A DNA stretch of 64,000 bases from the human T2T-CHM13v2.0 reference genome, Homo sapiens, in NCBI RefSeq assembly GCF_009914755.1, contig NC_060930.1. One strand, 5' to 3'. The position numbers and the translations under genes are program-made. The notes under the pieces are model-generated. The model worked only from the letters and a program-made list of their open reading frames with translations. It did no database searches and was not told the origin of the DNA. This document shows positions 1-15,700 of the stretch, in pieces (the stretch's first letter is position 1; each line of letters begins with the position of its first letter).

Positions 1-740
<740 letters not shown>

Positions 741-1689
741 TAATCTCCACTGACAGTCCAGCATTAGATTCAGACAATGCACTTGGGTCAGGTATTTCTT
801 ACTGAACAGTCTTGATAAAAAACAATAGTAGTTTTTTTTTAATTTTAGTGTATTTTCTACTTATTATGCAACATAAAGTGATTTCTTTACAGAACTTTTT
901 TTGAGGATCAAATGAGATCAAGTATATAAAAAGACTAAACTGCAAAACAGTCTATAGACAAATTTTTTTATATCGGCTTTTTCACATCACTGAAAATCTC
1001 AGGGTATGAGATTGCAACAGAGGAAAAAAGTAAAATTTAAGAAAAAGAAAATCTACATGAAAGCAGATTACAGGGCAAGAAGGCTGCTGGCCAACATGTG
1101 GTCAGAAAGAGCTTCTTCGAGTGTTTGGGCTGGCGCAGTCTGGGTGTCTGCTAAGCATCCCCAGCTACAATGTGGAAACACAGCTTTGACTCTGTGGCCT
1201 CCCATCCCACCTGGCTTTCAACAGCCTCTGATCTGCTGCTTCACATAGAAGGAACAGGCTTCACAACAAGTCAGGAAGTCAACTAACATGATAAAGAGCA
1301 CAGAAGGGATTTTTCAGCTTAGAAAAGTTTCTGTCATGAGACCAAGAAATGATAAAATGCAGTATCAAAAGAAACAGGAACTATGGGCTATCATAGTTCA
1401 GAAAGTAAGATTGATGATGCAAGGTCATATTTAAACTCTATTCAATTCCTTGAGGGTGTTTATTCTTATCTTTTATGATTGTTTTCCCTAAAATGTTTTT
1501 GGTATATATGCTTAATATTACAGAAAATGCCATTATGCACATGTTCTACTGCAGTATTCATAGGTGGTAAACTATCAGAACTAAATTCAAGATGTGAGAT
1601 TCTGCTATATCTCAGGTGACTACACGCACTGGAGGCTCAGCATCATGTAACTGGTCTCACCTACACCTACTAAATCCATTTCCTCAAAA

Positions 1690-3600
1690 TCTCAGTCCCA
1701 CTCTGGATTATTAGCCTTGCTGTCTCACATTGTACTGAAACAGCTTTGTTTGCAGTCACCTGGGACTTTCTAATGCCCCAAAGGTGCTATCCATTCAGTT
1801 ATCCTTCTCAACAGCACTGCTGACTAGGCTTTCTCTACTGAGATTCTTGGTGAGCCTCTATGACATTATGCCCTCTTTATTTTCTTTCTATTATTCCCCA
1901 TGCTAATTCCTGTCCTCTTCCTGCCCTCTTAAATGCCAATTTCCACCTAATTCCATTCCCCCATCTTCATATCTTTCTTCACATCTTCTTCCTCAGAAGC
2001 CTATCAAGCCGCAGGAATCTCAGGATTGGGATATCTAGGGTTGCCACTTAAATAGACTCCATTTATTTTTATCACTACGCTCCTTGGGACAGCTCTTTCC
2101 TTTGAGTGATTCAAAACACTTGCAAGCTAATAAACTCCAAATTCAAATCTCTTCAGTTTGATCTGTCATGAAATTCTGCCTATTAAAATTCTTTAACTTT
2201 TTAACTATCCTTTTTTCTCCTTTCCCATTGACACTGCCTTCATTCAGACCCTCTTCATTCCACCTTCATAACTAAAGTGGAATTATAACTAGTTCCCCTG
2301 AATTCAGCTTTTAGCCCTTCCAATCACTGCATCACACCACTGCCAGAGCAGTCTTTCTAAATTTCTCATCTGATCACATTGCTTTCAAGTTTAAATTGGC
2401 CAGAAAACCCGTCACCCACAGGATGGTACCCACTGGCTTTGGGCATCTCCATGTGGATGTACTACATGGCAGCCCAAAGTTACAAGCAACCTACAAGGCC
2501 ATTCATAATTCAACTCCTGCCTCCCCCTGCAGTATTATCTTTCTCTCTCCCTCACATGCATGCACTCCAACCAGATCCCGTATATGCCATGCTCTCCCTT
2601 GCTTCTGTACCTTTTCACATGCTGTCCACTCTGCCTCTAATGCCCTGTACCTGTTTCTCTGCTTGATTAACCCCTACTTGTTCTAAAACACAGCTCAGGT
2701 GACACCTCCTCCAGGAAGCTTTCCCAGCACTCCCTACTCTGAGCTGGGTGTCACCCCGTTGTGCTGCCATTCTACCACAAGCATAGCTCTCACCAGACTG
2801 TATTACATCGAGCGTTTACCTGCTCCTCAAGGATAGAGATGGCACTTCTGTGTCTTTGCATCCCAGAACTGAGCTCAGCATCTGATAAACTGTTCATACC
2901 AATCACTTGGTAAATAAATGAATGAATTAAACTGTAATTTCATTTGGTGGCCTTCAAATCTATATCCTGAGCCCTGAACTTTCCTTATAATACCATATTT
3001 TCAAACAACAGCTGTACATATCTACTTCTGTATACCACTGTCACCTCAAAACTCAAACACCTAAAAATGAATTTGTCATATTTACTTTGAAACAAGCTCC
3101 TCTCTGTCATCATTATTTGTATTCCTGGTACCAGCATTCTATCAATCAAGTCTCCTCAAAGCCTTCAAGTCATCCTCGACTCCTTCCTGCCTTCACCTTG
3201 CATATAAAGTATTTTTCCATATTCAGTCCACTCATTTTTCTGGATACCTCCACTTCCTTGCCCACCCCCACCATCTCCATCCGCGTTTTTCACATTGAAC
3301 TCTGAAATGTTCTCCTTGCTGATTTCTCCAGGCTCTTCCCTATCCTGTACACATAACATGCAACTGCCAAATTTTTCCTAAACCATGACCTGCATTTCAT
3401 CAGGCTGCTTTTCAAAAGTAGTCAGTGGATCCCTACTCTTTAAGGAATAAAGTTAAAACTCTTGAATCTGTGCTTTGCTCCAACTGTATAGTCTGCACTA
3501 AAGATGAGCTCCTTGGAACAGAAACTCAGATGTCTGTGTCTACCTCCTGTCCAGCACTTTAACACAGTTAGACCCTCGAGACACATTAGTTAAAGAGACA
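1690..3600 (+). mobile_element. Cluster of degraded L2 fragments
   Basis: L2-like pyrimidine-rich motifs (ccactgccagagcagtctttctaa...tctgatcacatt) and an L2 3' end taaatgaatgaa at ~2915-2927. Boundaries approximate. Confidence 0.65.
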
Positions 3601-3879
3601 TGCTTGGCTCCAGTCTTCATTGCTTTGGGTCAAATGCCCTCATAAGAGGCATTAGCCTACCTTTCCAAAACCACCACATTCTTTCACACCACAAGCAACT
3701 TCAGTTCGAATTGAATGAGTCTTCTCACTGTCTCCAGGAGGGATTCCTTTAGGTGGTTCTTATTGGCTGCTGCATCATGTGTTTGGGAACTCTCCTGCCT
3801 CAATACTCTGTAGTCTCCTCTCCATCTATAGAAAGCATATACATCTTTCAAATCTCACTGTCCTGCATAAATACAGCTT

Positions 3880-5116
3880 CTAAATAAAAACAGAGAGCTT
3901 CCAAAATTAGCAGGGAGGTCCCCTTGAGAATACAGTGAGTAACTATCCATGAATGTGCATAAGAAAACTACATGCTGTCTAGGAAATAATCAAGTGAAAG
4001 GATTAGAGTTAACAGTGTCCAGAGCTTACACAGGATCAGGAATAGTCCCTGTTCCCACAGCCAGCCTGGAAAACCTCACAGTCCACAATGCATTTGGTAG
4101 AGTACATGAAAAGGTCTTGTCTTAGTAGTGAGGAATAATTTGCCCTAGACCAAGCACTGCTCCAGACCCATCTAACAAATAAAAAGAAAGTCCCAAAAGG
4201 ATCAAACTGTTCCACATAATATAACTGCATCCCAGAATATATGTAAGACTCTTTTCAGAAATAGAAAAATATCTAGCACCTAATAAGCTAAAATTTACAA
4301 GGTCTGGCATCCAATCAAAAAGCACCCAGTGTGCAAAGAAAGAGAAAAATATGACTCATAATGAGGAGAAAAATCCATAAATCTAACATAGGTGTTAGAA
4401 TTAACATACAAAGACATTAGAAATAGAGAGACCTAAATCACACTTGTAGAATAAAAATTACAATGTGTTCAATAAAAAATGCACTGGGTATAGTCTTAGA
4501 TTATAGATTTCAGAATAAAAGACTGTTGAGCTTGAAGGAATGGTAATAAAAACTATCCAAAATGAAATAGTAATTTAAAAAATCTCTAAAATGAAATGCA
4601 GAGAGAAAAAGAGAGCCAAAACAATGAAGAGAGCATCAGATAACTGTGGGACAACTTTAAGCGTATAATTAAAAGGGAAGACATAAAAAAAATTTAAAGA
4701 AATACTGGCCATTGTTTTTTCAAATTTGATTAAAAACAATAATCTCACAGATCAAGGAAACTCACAGAACCCCAAGCATAGGAAACATTCAAGAAATCTA
4801 TACAATTACACATCATCATCAACTTGCTCAAAAATGGTGATAAAGGGAAAATCTTGAATGCAGCCAGAGAAAAATACATGTTATATACAGGGGAACAAAG
4901 ATAAAGATGAGAACCAATTTCTCATTGACAAAAAAATGTAAAGGAAATCCTTCAGAAAGAAGAGAAATGATACCAGATGAAAAGAGGGATCTACATAAAG
5001 AAATAAAGGGCAGAGGAAATTGTAACGCCATGGATAAACATGTTTGTCTCTTATTACTTAATCTCTTTCAAACATAGCTGATTGTTTAAACAAAAATAGT
5101 AACAATGGAGTATATG

Positions 5117-5155
<39 letters not shown>

Positions 5156-6775
5156 TATGACAACAACAGCACAAGATCTGTAGGTGGAAAATGGTATTAT
5201 CATAAGGTGTTTATTACTATACATTCAGTGATACAATGTGGCTTGAAGATAGACATATTATACATTAAATATGTATACTATAAACCCTAGATTGAGAACT
5301 AAAATAGTTAATCTAATAAGCCAACAAAAAAGGTAAAATAGAATGATTAAAAAAATTCAGCTAATCCAAAAGAAGACAGATAAAGGAGAAAAAGAAAACA
5401 AGGAACAGACAGGACAAAACCGAAAACAAATGGCAAGATGATAGAGTTAAATCTAAATACACAAATATCCACATTACGTGTAAATGGCCTAAGCACCCAC
5501 ATTCATATGCAAAAATTAAAATTGTAATTGAGATGCTTAGTCCATTTACACAATATGAATATGTATATATTTGTTTAGTTCTCCAATTGGTTAAAAAGGC
5601 AATCCTCAACTATACAATCCCTATAATAAATATACTTTTCATATAAATGTACAAATAGGTTCAAAGTAAAGGAATTGAAATGATACACTATGTTAACAGT
5701 AATCAAAATAAAACTGAGTATCACTCAGTGAGTAAATATCAGACAAAGTAGACCTCAAAGAATTCATATGGAGATTTAATAAACCTAAAAATACCCAAAA
5801 TAATTTTGAAAAAGGAAAAATTAGGATACTAACACTACCTCATTTCAAGAGTTATTTTATAGCTATAGTAATCAAGACAGTTTGGTATTGATACCAAAGC
5901 AGACAAATCAATGAAACAAAATGGGGTCCAGAAATGATCTCTGCACATACAAATACAACTAATTTTTGAAACATGTGCAAAGACAATTCAGTAAGGAAAT
6001 AATAGACTCTTCAACAAATATTGTCGGAAAAATTGGATATCCATATACAAAAAAAAGAAATTCGATCTATATCCCATACTGTACACAAAATTTACTCAAA
6101 ATGAATCACAGACCTAAATGAACAGGCTAAAACTAGAAAACTTCTAGAAGAAAACCTTTGTGACCGTTAGTCAAAAAATGCTTAGATACAACTATAACAT
6201 GATCCATAAAAGAACAAATCAATAAATTGGACTTTATCAAAGTTAAAAACTTCTGTCGTGCAAAAGATTCTTCAAGCCACAAACTATGAGAAATGTTTTA
6301 AAGTCCTTTATCTAATAAATGACTTATATTCTGAAAATATAGACCTCTCATAATTTGATCAACAATTCAATTTTAAAATGGGCAAAAGATTTAAACAGAC
6401 ATTTCTCCGAGGATGGTGAATAAGCACATGAAAACATGAAATATGAAAAGCCAAACATCATTACTCATTGGGGAAATGAAAATTAAATTATAATGAGATA
6501 CCACAATTTTTTTTTTAAATCAAGAAAATATAAGTTAATCCATAGTGACAGAAAGTAGATGACGGAAAGTAGCTTTGGAGGAGGTGCAGGGAAGCACTAG
6601 AAGGGGCAAAAGAACACTTTATGAAGTGATGGGTATGTTCATTATCTTGATTGTGATGATGGCTTCATAGGTGTGTACATAGGTCAAAACTCACCAAAAG
6701 ATACACTTTATATATGGGAAGTTTTTGTATGTCAATTATACCTCAATAAAGTTGTTTCTAAGATCTAAAAAAAAG
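3880..6775 (+). mobile_element. Old L1M (L1MC/MD-like) with ORF1, ORF2 and 3'UTR remnants and internal deletions
   Basis: ORF1-like text at ~4450-4900, ORF2-like text (acactacctcatttcaag, aaaattggatatccatatac), and the L1M 3' end tgtatgtcaattatacctcaataaag followed by an A-run. Confidence 0.85.
5122..5149. repeat. (TG)n microsatellite
   Basis: Seen directly in the sequence. Confidence 0.95.
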
Positions 6776-6889
6776 GGGATTAGAATATTTACTAATCAAT
6801 ATGGCTCCCAGTGACTTCTTATAGACTTGTGGAACGTTCAAGTTGGCTTCAAGTCCCACTGCCTCATTTTACACAGTGAGCTGTATAGA

Positions 6890-7220
6890 ACAGAGAGTAA
6901 GAAAGTAACTAAGCTTGGACTCTTCAATTGGACTTATCTTAGTTTGAATTCTGGCTATGCCCCCTTCACCTCTCCAAATCTCAGTTTTTCTAAATTATAA
7001 CCTGAGGCCAACAGAAGTTGTCTGTTAGGGTAATTGTAAGGAGTAAGTGACAGGATATATGTTAGGTATTTAGCCAACACATAGCATGGACTCAATAACT
7101 AATAGCTATTATTAGAAAACTGAAGCCCAGAGAGATAAAGCAACTTACTCAAGGTCACACAGTTATGTCGTAGCAAGAACAACATGCAAGAGCCATGTCA
7201 CCTGTCTCCTGCTCTTGTGT
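6890..7220. mobile_element. Two MIR fragments (+ strand, then - strand)
   Basis: ctcagtttttctaaattataa core on the + strand; gaaaactgaagcccagagagataaagcaacttactcaaggtcacacag is an antisense MIR core. Confidence 0.75.
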
Positions 7221-7519
7221 TTTTTCTCCCATGAGCTGAGGCCCCTCCTGTAGTTTGCAAAATCAAACACACTGCTTAACAGCAAAGGTGAAATCAGGAG
7301 GACCACAGTAGAATATAGCACCACGTAAACTCAGCTGCAATACCAAGCAGTAAGAGTTGACATACAAAATTCTGCATAGCCACCAAACTAAGAAGCTGAC
7401 ATGGATTTTATTTCAGGACCATTTATATGTGATACTAAACACAACACAGGCTTCAGCTGGGATTCATGGGAATAGAGGCCAGAAAGGGGACAGTAAAATT
7501 CAGGAACTTCTGTATCACT

Positions 7520-7693
7520 AACACGAGTTCTCGATCTAAAGTCCAAGAACCTTAAAAGATCTCTGCGTAATCTTTTGGGGCCCCCTGAATTCCCTGAAAT
7601 AGCATGAAGAAAGCATATAGACATTTCCTCCTTCTAGTTTTTATCAAATTCTTAAAGAGGTACATAACCTAACTAAAATATTTAAAACAGCTG
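7520..7693. mobile_element. Degraded hAT-Charlie MITE remnant
   Basis: The end tttttatcaaattcttaaagaggtacataacct...aaaacagctg resembles Charlie-type termini. Confidence 0.45.
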
Positions 7694-8229
7694 TTATAAT
7701 TAGTAAGCTGATTTTAGAGGCAGAAATAAATTCGAAAAATATCATAACCATGAAGAAGTCATGTTGAAATATAACTTGAAATGATAATTTCGATCTATTT
7801 ATTTTTATTGAATGTGAAATGAAGTCGATAAACAACACTAAGGCAACCTCAAGGGTTACAAGCAGAGGCAAGGCTCCAATAAAAGTAGGGTCCACTCTTA
7901 CAATTGATCTGACAGTTTTGGTTGACTTGAGTAAGTAGGCAGGTATTCAATGGACTAAAAATAAAATTGGTTCAGTTTCTACTACGGTAACCCTCATTAA
8001 ATCTAAGTAAAATCCTTGTTCGTAACATAACCTAGAATTGTTCAAAAGAGCTTTCAATGGCTCTGGAAAACAAGAGTTATTCTTAATCTCAAACATTTCC
8101 TAGTCTGCTTTTTAAAACCTATGAGATTTTTCTAAATACTTGTCTGGCACATGTATAAGGTAAATTCTTCATAGGATGAGGAAAGGAAAGCATCCTCTAG
8201 AAAGGGGTCATGATTAAAGCTTATTTTCC

Positions 8230-9360
8230 TCAGACTGGATAGTGAAATCAAAGTTTAAAATGCTTCTACAGAAGGATTGGTGAAAGATTAATAATTAATG
8301 TATGGCAGCAATATGGAAATTTTGAAATGTAAATTTGATGAACAAAATGTGGCATATTATGATAAGCAGGAGCAACAAGGGAGAATGGGTGGAGGCGGGT
8401 CTTTTGCTCAGAGACATAATAGAAAGAAACACTGATTGGGCTTGCTGGGTTTTCTCTTTTTTACAAAATGCAAACTTCCATTTGGACATAGGAAACTGCT
8501 AAAAAGTTACAAGGGAGTGAAAGAAAAGAAAATTTTTTCACCAAAACAGATCAGGTTCACTTGTAGCATTTCCAAGGGTCTTTCTCTTTTAAGAAAAAAA
8601 AAAAAGAGAGAGAGAGAGAGAAAAGTTTAACACATCACTTTGATATGTGCTCTCCTATCCAGTTCCCCACACTTTCGATTTTCTTTCCATCCCCTTTGGT
8701 CTTGTCCTGTTAGACTCTTTTTAAAAATCCACTCCAATTTTCCTCTAATATTTGTGTATAATTTTTTCTCCTTTTAACTAAGCCCCTTTCGAAATGCCTC
8801 CCTTTGTGTGTCTCCAGGCGGGGGGCAGGGTCTTTGCTCTCCTCTTTGGCCCAGTTTACAGGGGCTTGGGGCTTCACTGAGAGCTCTCAGGAGAATTGTG
8901 CAAATTGTACCCGGGCTTCCGTTGGAAGAGCCACTCATCCTGGCGACCCCGTGCTGTGCCTGAGTGCATCAAGGCCGTGTCAACCCCTTGATGCTGCCTC
9001 ACGCTGTGATCTTCCTTTGCACTGTGTCATATGTCAGGATGGGTTTTCCCACAATGCATTCTTTAGTTCAGTGTCAGGGAAAAAGAACAAATAATGTGTT
9101 CCTGTGGCAGCCAAACATGCTACCTGCAAGGTTGGAGAGCAGAACACATTTTCCTCCTCTGGAGTGAATTCCCCCAGCTGAAGCTACCTTTTCCTTCCCA
9201 TTATTCTCACTCTCCCCACCCCTTGCCTACCCTAACTTTAGCTCCTCAGCAAAGTGCTTCTGCAAATTGAATCATTCATCCGGCAGAAAAATTTGAAATT
9301 TTGCACAATCTTTATGAATTCATTGATCAGTTTATGCTAAAGGCATTTACAGAAGAAATA
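8230..9360. promoter_or_regulatory. Candidate enhancer or alternative-promoter region
   Basis: No repeat recognised and locally more CpG. Contains GC boxes (~8392, ~8818), a reverse CCAAT (~8435), C/EBP-like ATTGTGCAA (~8895 and reverse at ~9301), an NR5A motif TCAAGGCCG (8969-8977) and kB-like GGGTTTTCCC (9041-9050). Motif evidence only. Confidence 0.3.
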
Positions 9361-9914
9361 GCCATATGAGGTGTTCTATATTCTCTGTAAAGAGCTTAGT
9401 CATGAAATCATGTGAAAATTTGCAGGGGGGCAGAAGATTCTTCAGGGATGGACCACTGAGAAATCATCTCTAAACACATAAAAATGTCTATTTTAATTAC
9501 CAATTGATCATCACTTTACCTTTTTAAAAATAATCATGAAGAACACCTCATTGGCACTTAAAATAACCAAATGCCAGTTTTGCAGCCCTTAATGTGTCTT
9601 TCTGAGAAAGGAGAGACGTCTTCCCTCTGATTATCGTATTTATTACCTGACTACACAAGATCTCTTTTACATGCTTTATAGGCTGTAGCATATATGGCAT
9701 TCAGAGGTGTTCATGCAAACTCATACCCACCGGCCTCATAGACAGAAGGTGGGAGACAAGTCCTTAGAGTATCAGAAAGGATCAGTGAAAAAAAAATTCA
9801 GACTTTCTCTCATCTCTGGAATATCCACAGCTTACTATAAAGTGTAAAAAGAAAAAAAAGGATCCGATTAGATACAAGTCATCCAGCAGGCAAGAGGCGG
9901 CTCCCCTCTCCCCC

Positions 9915-10045
9915 TGCTATGCAGCATCGGCATCAGCAGGAAATCTGTTAGAAATGCAGAATCTCAGGCTCCTCCCCAGACCTACCAAATCAGAATTTGC
10001 ATTTTAGATGGATTTTTTAACACATTAAAGTTTGAGAAGCACGCA
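9915..10045. mobile_element. MER5A-type hAT-Charlie MITE
   Basis: gttagaaatgcagaatctcaggc...cagaatttgcatttt...ttaaagtttgagaagcac. Confidence 0.85.
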
Positions 10046-10773
10046 CTGCACTATGGTGCTGAGCAGGTTTCCGAAAAGATTTGGCCTGAACCAGTTACAT
10101 CCAGATCTTTTGCTCTGAGAGCACATACAACAACCTTACCTTGCTCAAGCATAGACATAAACCACACTTATGAAACTATAAATGGTATTCTCCATATCAA
10201 TGAAGGAAGAAAGCTAAATAGAAACACTAGGTGCAAACTTCTCTTTTCTATTGATAGAGAAATGCATATGAAGTATATATAATTTTATATATATATTAAT
10301 GTACATGAAAATGGCTTAGCAACAAAATAGAGGAAGATCCTGGATTGCTATAACACTAAATGGAGAACGGAGAACCCTGATAAAGGTTAAAACAAAACAA
10401 TTCAAATTTGCAAATTGTGCTGACTGCATAATTCTCAGGGAGTTGGCAATATGATATTCTACATTGAATCATTTAGATACTTACACTGTTCATAAATTGA
10501 AAATTGTTATTTTTTCCCTCTAAAATGAGCTGCTGAATATGTGTGAGCCCAGCTGTAAGAAGCCTGCTTTCTCTCTCCTCTCTCTCTCATCACTCATTGT
10601 CAAACCATGAATGGTTGATGCTATAGCACGACTCCTTAGTCCAAGGAAAGTATTCTTTAAACTCCTTGGTAGAATTTATCCTCCCTACAGCTCTGTTTCA
10701 CCTCTGCCCTTATAAATATACATATAGATATTTACAGTTACATTCCAATTTGTAACAAGGTGAATTCTTGGAC

Positions 10774-11095
<322 letters not shown>

Positions 11096-11369
11096 CATTT
11101 TTTATTATAAAATTCATGCTTGCTTATTGATAATTGTGTTTTATCATATGTTTCTAAATGGGAAAACCTCATTTCACTAATGATAAAGCTGAGTTCAAAG
11201 AATTCTTTAGAAGTGTTGTGTATAAACAATCATGAAAGAGTATTCCCAACCATAACAAGCCAGGCCCTGCTTTCCTACTTTTTCACAAGCCCGGGTTGAA
11301 TTTTATTCATTACATTAATTTCTTATCATTTCAGCTTACTCATTTCCCTTTTCTTTTTATTACTACTTA

Positions 11370-11590
11370 TTTTTTATGTTTTTATTAATAGACTTTATTT
11401 TAAGAGATTACAGAAAAATTTGAGTAGAATGTACAGAGTTCTCACATAACCCTTCAAACTCCTCCCTTTTAAGTTTCCCCTGTAATTAACATCTTGCAAT
11501 ACATTAGTTGCAATATTGACAAATAATCATTAACTAAATTCAATACTTCACATCAGGGTTTACTTTTTGTATTGTACAATCTATGGGTCT
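11370..11590 (-). mobile_element. L1MC/MD 3' end fragment
   Basis: taatagactttatttt...gtacagagttctcacata...ttaacatcttgca. Confidence 0.7.
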
Positions 11591-11769
11591 AAACACTCAT
11601 TTTTCATTGCATCACTGCTATACTCATTTTTGGATTTTCTTTCCACTTAAGAAATGTGCTCCTATTAATCACCACATTAACAGAATTAAGTAACAGCTAT
11701 TGTTTTTTTCTGGTTTTGTGTCCTTCTCAACTCCAGATAGTAGCCTTTTCTCATAGAATCACCCTTTCC

Positions 11770-12060
11770 ATTAACATTTATTGAGCAGCTATTGCATTCA
11801 AAGGAACATGGTGGGTACTGCTAGAGGCTTAGAGACTTATCTGACATGGACTCCTCTTGTGGAACATAGGCTCAATTAGGAGGAATACGACATGTATATA
11901 AACAAGACAAGGATCAAGAGAGAGCTCAGGAGAAAAGTCATGGTGAACTGAATGAGACAGAAAAGACAGACTCTTTGTGGGAAAGGCAGCATTTGAGAGC
12001 CTGGAAGAACCAATAGAATTTGAAGATGAGTTGATCAAATATAGGGACTGGCTAAAGGAA
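11770..12060 (-). mobile_element. L2 3' fragment
   Basis: Starts aacatttattgagcagctat and continues with an antisense L2-like body. Confidence 0.6.
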
Positions 12061-12199
12061 TGCCTCTAGTAAAAACACTGAAGATAGAGAACTTGAGACT
12101 TGTAAGAGAGTTGAGTCCACACTGACTGAATTGCAGGAATGACCAAGAAACCTGAAGAGTGGATTATTCATCTCTACGGTGAATACTCTTAGTGTCTTT

Positions 12200-12445
12200 A
12201 AAAAGGTGCTTCTCAAAGTGAGGTAACAGAACATTCCAAGGTTGCTTCTTAGAGCCACGTATCTCATAGCATGGTACTTGGGTCACCTAAACAGAAACAT
12301 TCACCTGGGATATTTATTTCCAGATCCTACCTTACACTCACCAAATCAGGATCAAGAGGAAAGGGGTGAATATAGAGATCAGGGAACCACATTTTTAACA
12401 AACACTCCAGGTGATCCTTATATGCACTTAAGTATGAGAACTGCT
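12200..12445. mobile_element. MER5-type hAT-Charlie MITE
   Basis: gtgcttctcaaagtg...acatttttaacaaacactccaggtgatccttatatgcacttaagtatgagaactgctg. Confidence 0.75.
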
Positions 12446-12458
12446 GATAATTTCTTAA

Positions 12459-12779
<321 letters not shown>

Positions 12780-15700
12780 TAAAAATAAGTACAAGACTTC
12801 AAAAAAAAAATACCTTTGTGGTAAATATAATTCACTCCTGTCTCTCATTAGGGATATTTGGATGGAATGTATGAAGAGCACCCTACCACAAGCAAACAGG
12901 AAACTCTGATATACTGCTAATATATTGAAAAATATACACATTATTTGGCATAAACTCTTCTGTGCATATCTGTATAAACATCATCCTTATCTGCAATGAT
13001 CAATTTTGGCCTCCTCCACACCTCCCCTGGTTTGATGACAGACCATAACAATGTCACTTGGCTATTCTTGAAAAACAGCTAGTAAATGTTGATGATACTT
13101 ACTACAGCAATATTTATGTGAGAATCCTAAAATACTTGGGAAAATGTTTTGAAGGTGCAAAGGCTGGCACACTCGTAAATTCTGAGTAATGCTGCAGCTG
13201 GGCAGAGATATGAAGTTCAATGGCCTCTGCTTTTCTGCACTGTTTTATTCATTGTTTTCTACACTCGTATGACACCTTCTTAGTTTAACTGGACATGGAG
13301 CTTTTCCTAGCTGGTTAGCTATTGAATTGAAGAATTGAAGAATGTCATTGTTTCCTGAGTTCCCTTTGCTTCTTGGGTCATCTTTACCTAGAATGAAGAA
13401 ATCAATTTGATGGCCAATCAGAATAACCAAACTATGATTCTAGGCCATTTAACTTGGATTCTTGAAGATTACAGTTTAGACTTTTCTGTCCAAATAGAAG
13501 TAAAAATAGGGGAAAAATTGGCGTCTTCAAAATCATGTCTATAACACAATACATCTGAACATAATGGTGTTGATAACAAAAATACAAAATTCTGCCTGTG
13601 ACAGAAATTTTTAAAGCTACTGAATTTACTAAACAATACGGACACAAGAATGGATGTAATTTATTACCAGAAAGACCAGGGAGTTTTATAGGCAAAGGCA
13701 GCCAGCCTCTGATTTATAAACAACAGATTACCAATTATCCACAAGGGCAAACAGCTGCTATTTCCCAATTCCAGTTCCCATCTCCCACGAACACCTCAAA
13801 CATGTGGGTAACAGGCGTGTGGCAGAAGCATTTGGATTGTCCCATTCCCTTTGAATATCTCTCTGTGCTTAGCAGACTACCCAGGGCATAGACGAACTGT
13901 ATAGGCACTGAGTCAAACTGAATCTGCAAGTTATTACAACATCCTCTATGCTGCTCATCTCAACCTGGGGGATTGGCTTTTCACTACCTTCAATTCCATC
14001 ACAATAATATTGGTTATACCACCTCCACTTCAAAAATTATTCTCCAGATGGAGATGCAAAGTAGAAGGTGAATGGTTCTATTTTCTCCCAGTTATTATAA
14101 TATCATTATATCTGCTTAAAGCAAGAGACGTTTCCTTTTGCTTATGCATCTCTCAAATATTTGTAAAAAGGTAACATTTTTTAAGTACATTGTATTGTTT
14201 TTGTGTTTTTCACAAGTCCCTGTTCCAGTCTGTAAGATCATGCCACTGTATTATTGGTGGCATGCCCTTCTCTCCATGTTTAGTGCATTACCAGAGCTCA
14301 TTTGAGGGGACCTGGACAGCTACATCCATCTTGTTGGATATAAGGTCCCTACCCTTCAATCATTTGAAGTCATCAGACTTTCCTTAACAGAACCTCTCAT
14401 CTTACACAAGTTGCTAAATTTTCACAGTCTTTGGTCAGGGATTCATACCTATATTTTCTCTGAGCTTTAAAAAATCTACTTTACAAAGTCCAAATTTTAT
14501 CCGATAATGTTCAGTTTTCTAGCCCTTTGTCACGTTAAAACTCTAGGATGAAAAGTAATTTTCCCTACAGTTTCATTAATTTTCAAATTCTTGACTATTC
14601 TTTCTTATTAATCAAAATAACAGACCACAGTAATTCTTTCCTGGGGACCTTGGGGACCCATTATATCTTCCTGATATACACACACACATTTCTTTCTCTG
14701 TGTGTTATGACATCTCTAGACTTCTCCAAAACAAATTTTTGAGTGGGGCAAATATATGGGGTCAAAGCCATGAAAGTAAAGAGACACCCCAGTTTTCTCA
14801 GTAGCTGTAACTTCATAAATAGGACCTAATTTTTGCAAGGCAACTAAAGAACACATCAGATTAGATGCTATGCTTTCCCAGAGTGAAACTTCCAGCAAAG
14901 GGCCAAATATTTTATTTGGAGTCCCTCATGTCTGCTTTACTTTGATTCTGTTATTGTTGTTACCTGAATTGTAATAGCTTATTTCAAAACCTTCACCTGT
15001 TCAGTGAAGCTTCAGATTAATAAGTATATTCGGTAGACAGATAGATGATAGACACATAAATACACATACATATATACACACATATAGATATTATACATAC
15101 AAACACACATGTGTATACATATATATGTTATTTTTGAAGATGTAGCTTTACACTTTCAGGAATATTTATCTGTTTAGTATAAGCCCTTGTTGATGACACA
15201 GACTATCTGAGAGTTCTTTTTAGCTTCTTTGCCTCTTTGCCTGGTCAATCCAAACTCAGCAGTTATATTTAATAGTAATTTGGTATGAGAAAAAGAAGAT
15301 GCCTCTTAACCCACCCTTGAGTTTAGAGTGGTAAGAGATAAAAAGTTATGATAGCATTCTGGTTTTGAGAGAATCCTATTTATTTCTCTTTTGTGGAAGT
15401 GCACTTGAAAAGTAAAACGTGAAACCCTACCCCAGTGTGAGATTAAAAGCAGAGGGAGGTTTTCCTTATAACTACAAATGATCTACACTGAGAGAACAAG
15501 TAATGATGAGTTTTTGAAAATGATAAGATTGTAGCAATCCAAAGCACTGCAAAAAATTGGCAAATTGTAAAACGACCACACACCAGAAGGAGCCACAGTG
15601 AAGCTCTAATTTTGCAGGCTCCCAGCCTCAGCAAATGGAGGAGACGAAGGCAGCAGAAATGCTTTTCCTCTTTCAGGGGCTGCCAGACCTTCGACCTCAT

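Noticed and set aside
1318-1404. 87-nt open + strand exon-like unit (LRKVSVMRPRNDKMQYQKKQELWAIIVQK)
   Set aside because: Very short polypyrimidine tract with upstream AGs, weak exonic donor context and no protein match.
7380-8100. Possible endogenous viral element or small membrane-protein ORF (7644-7895)
   Set aside because: No recognisable protein similarity; the hydrophobicity follows from T-rich sequence, and part of the region is a hAT MITE remnant.
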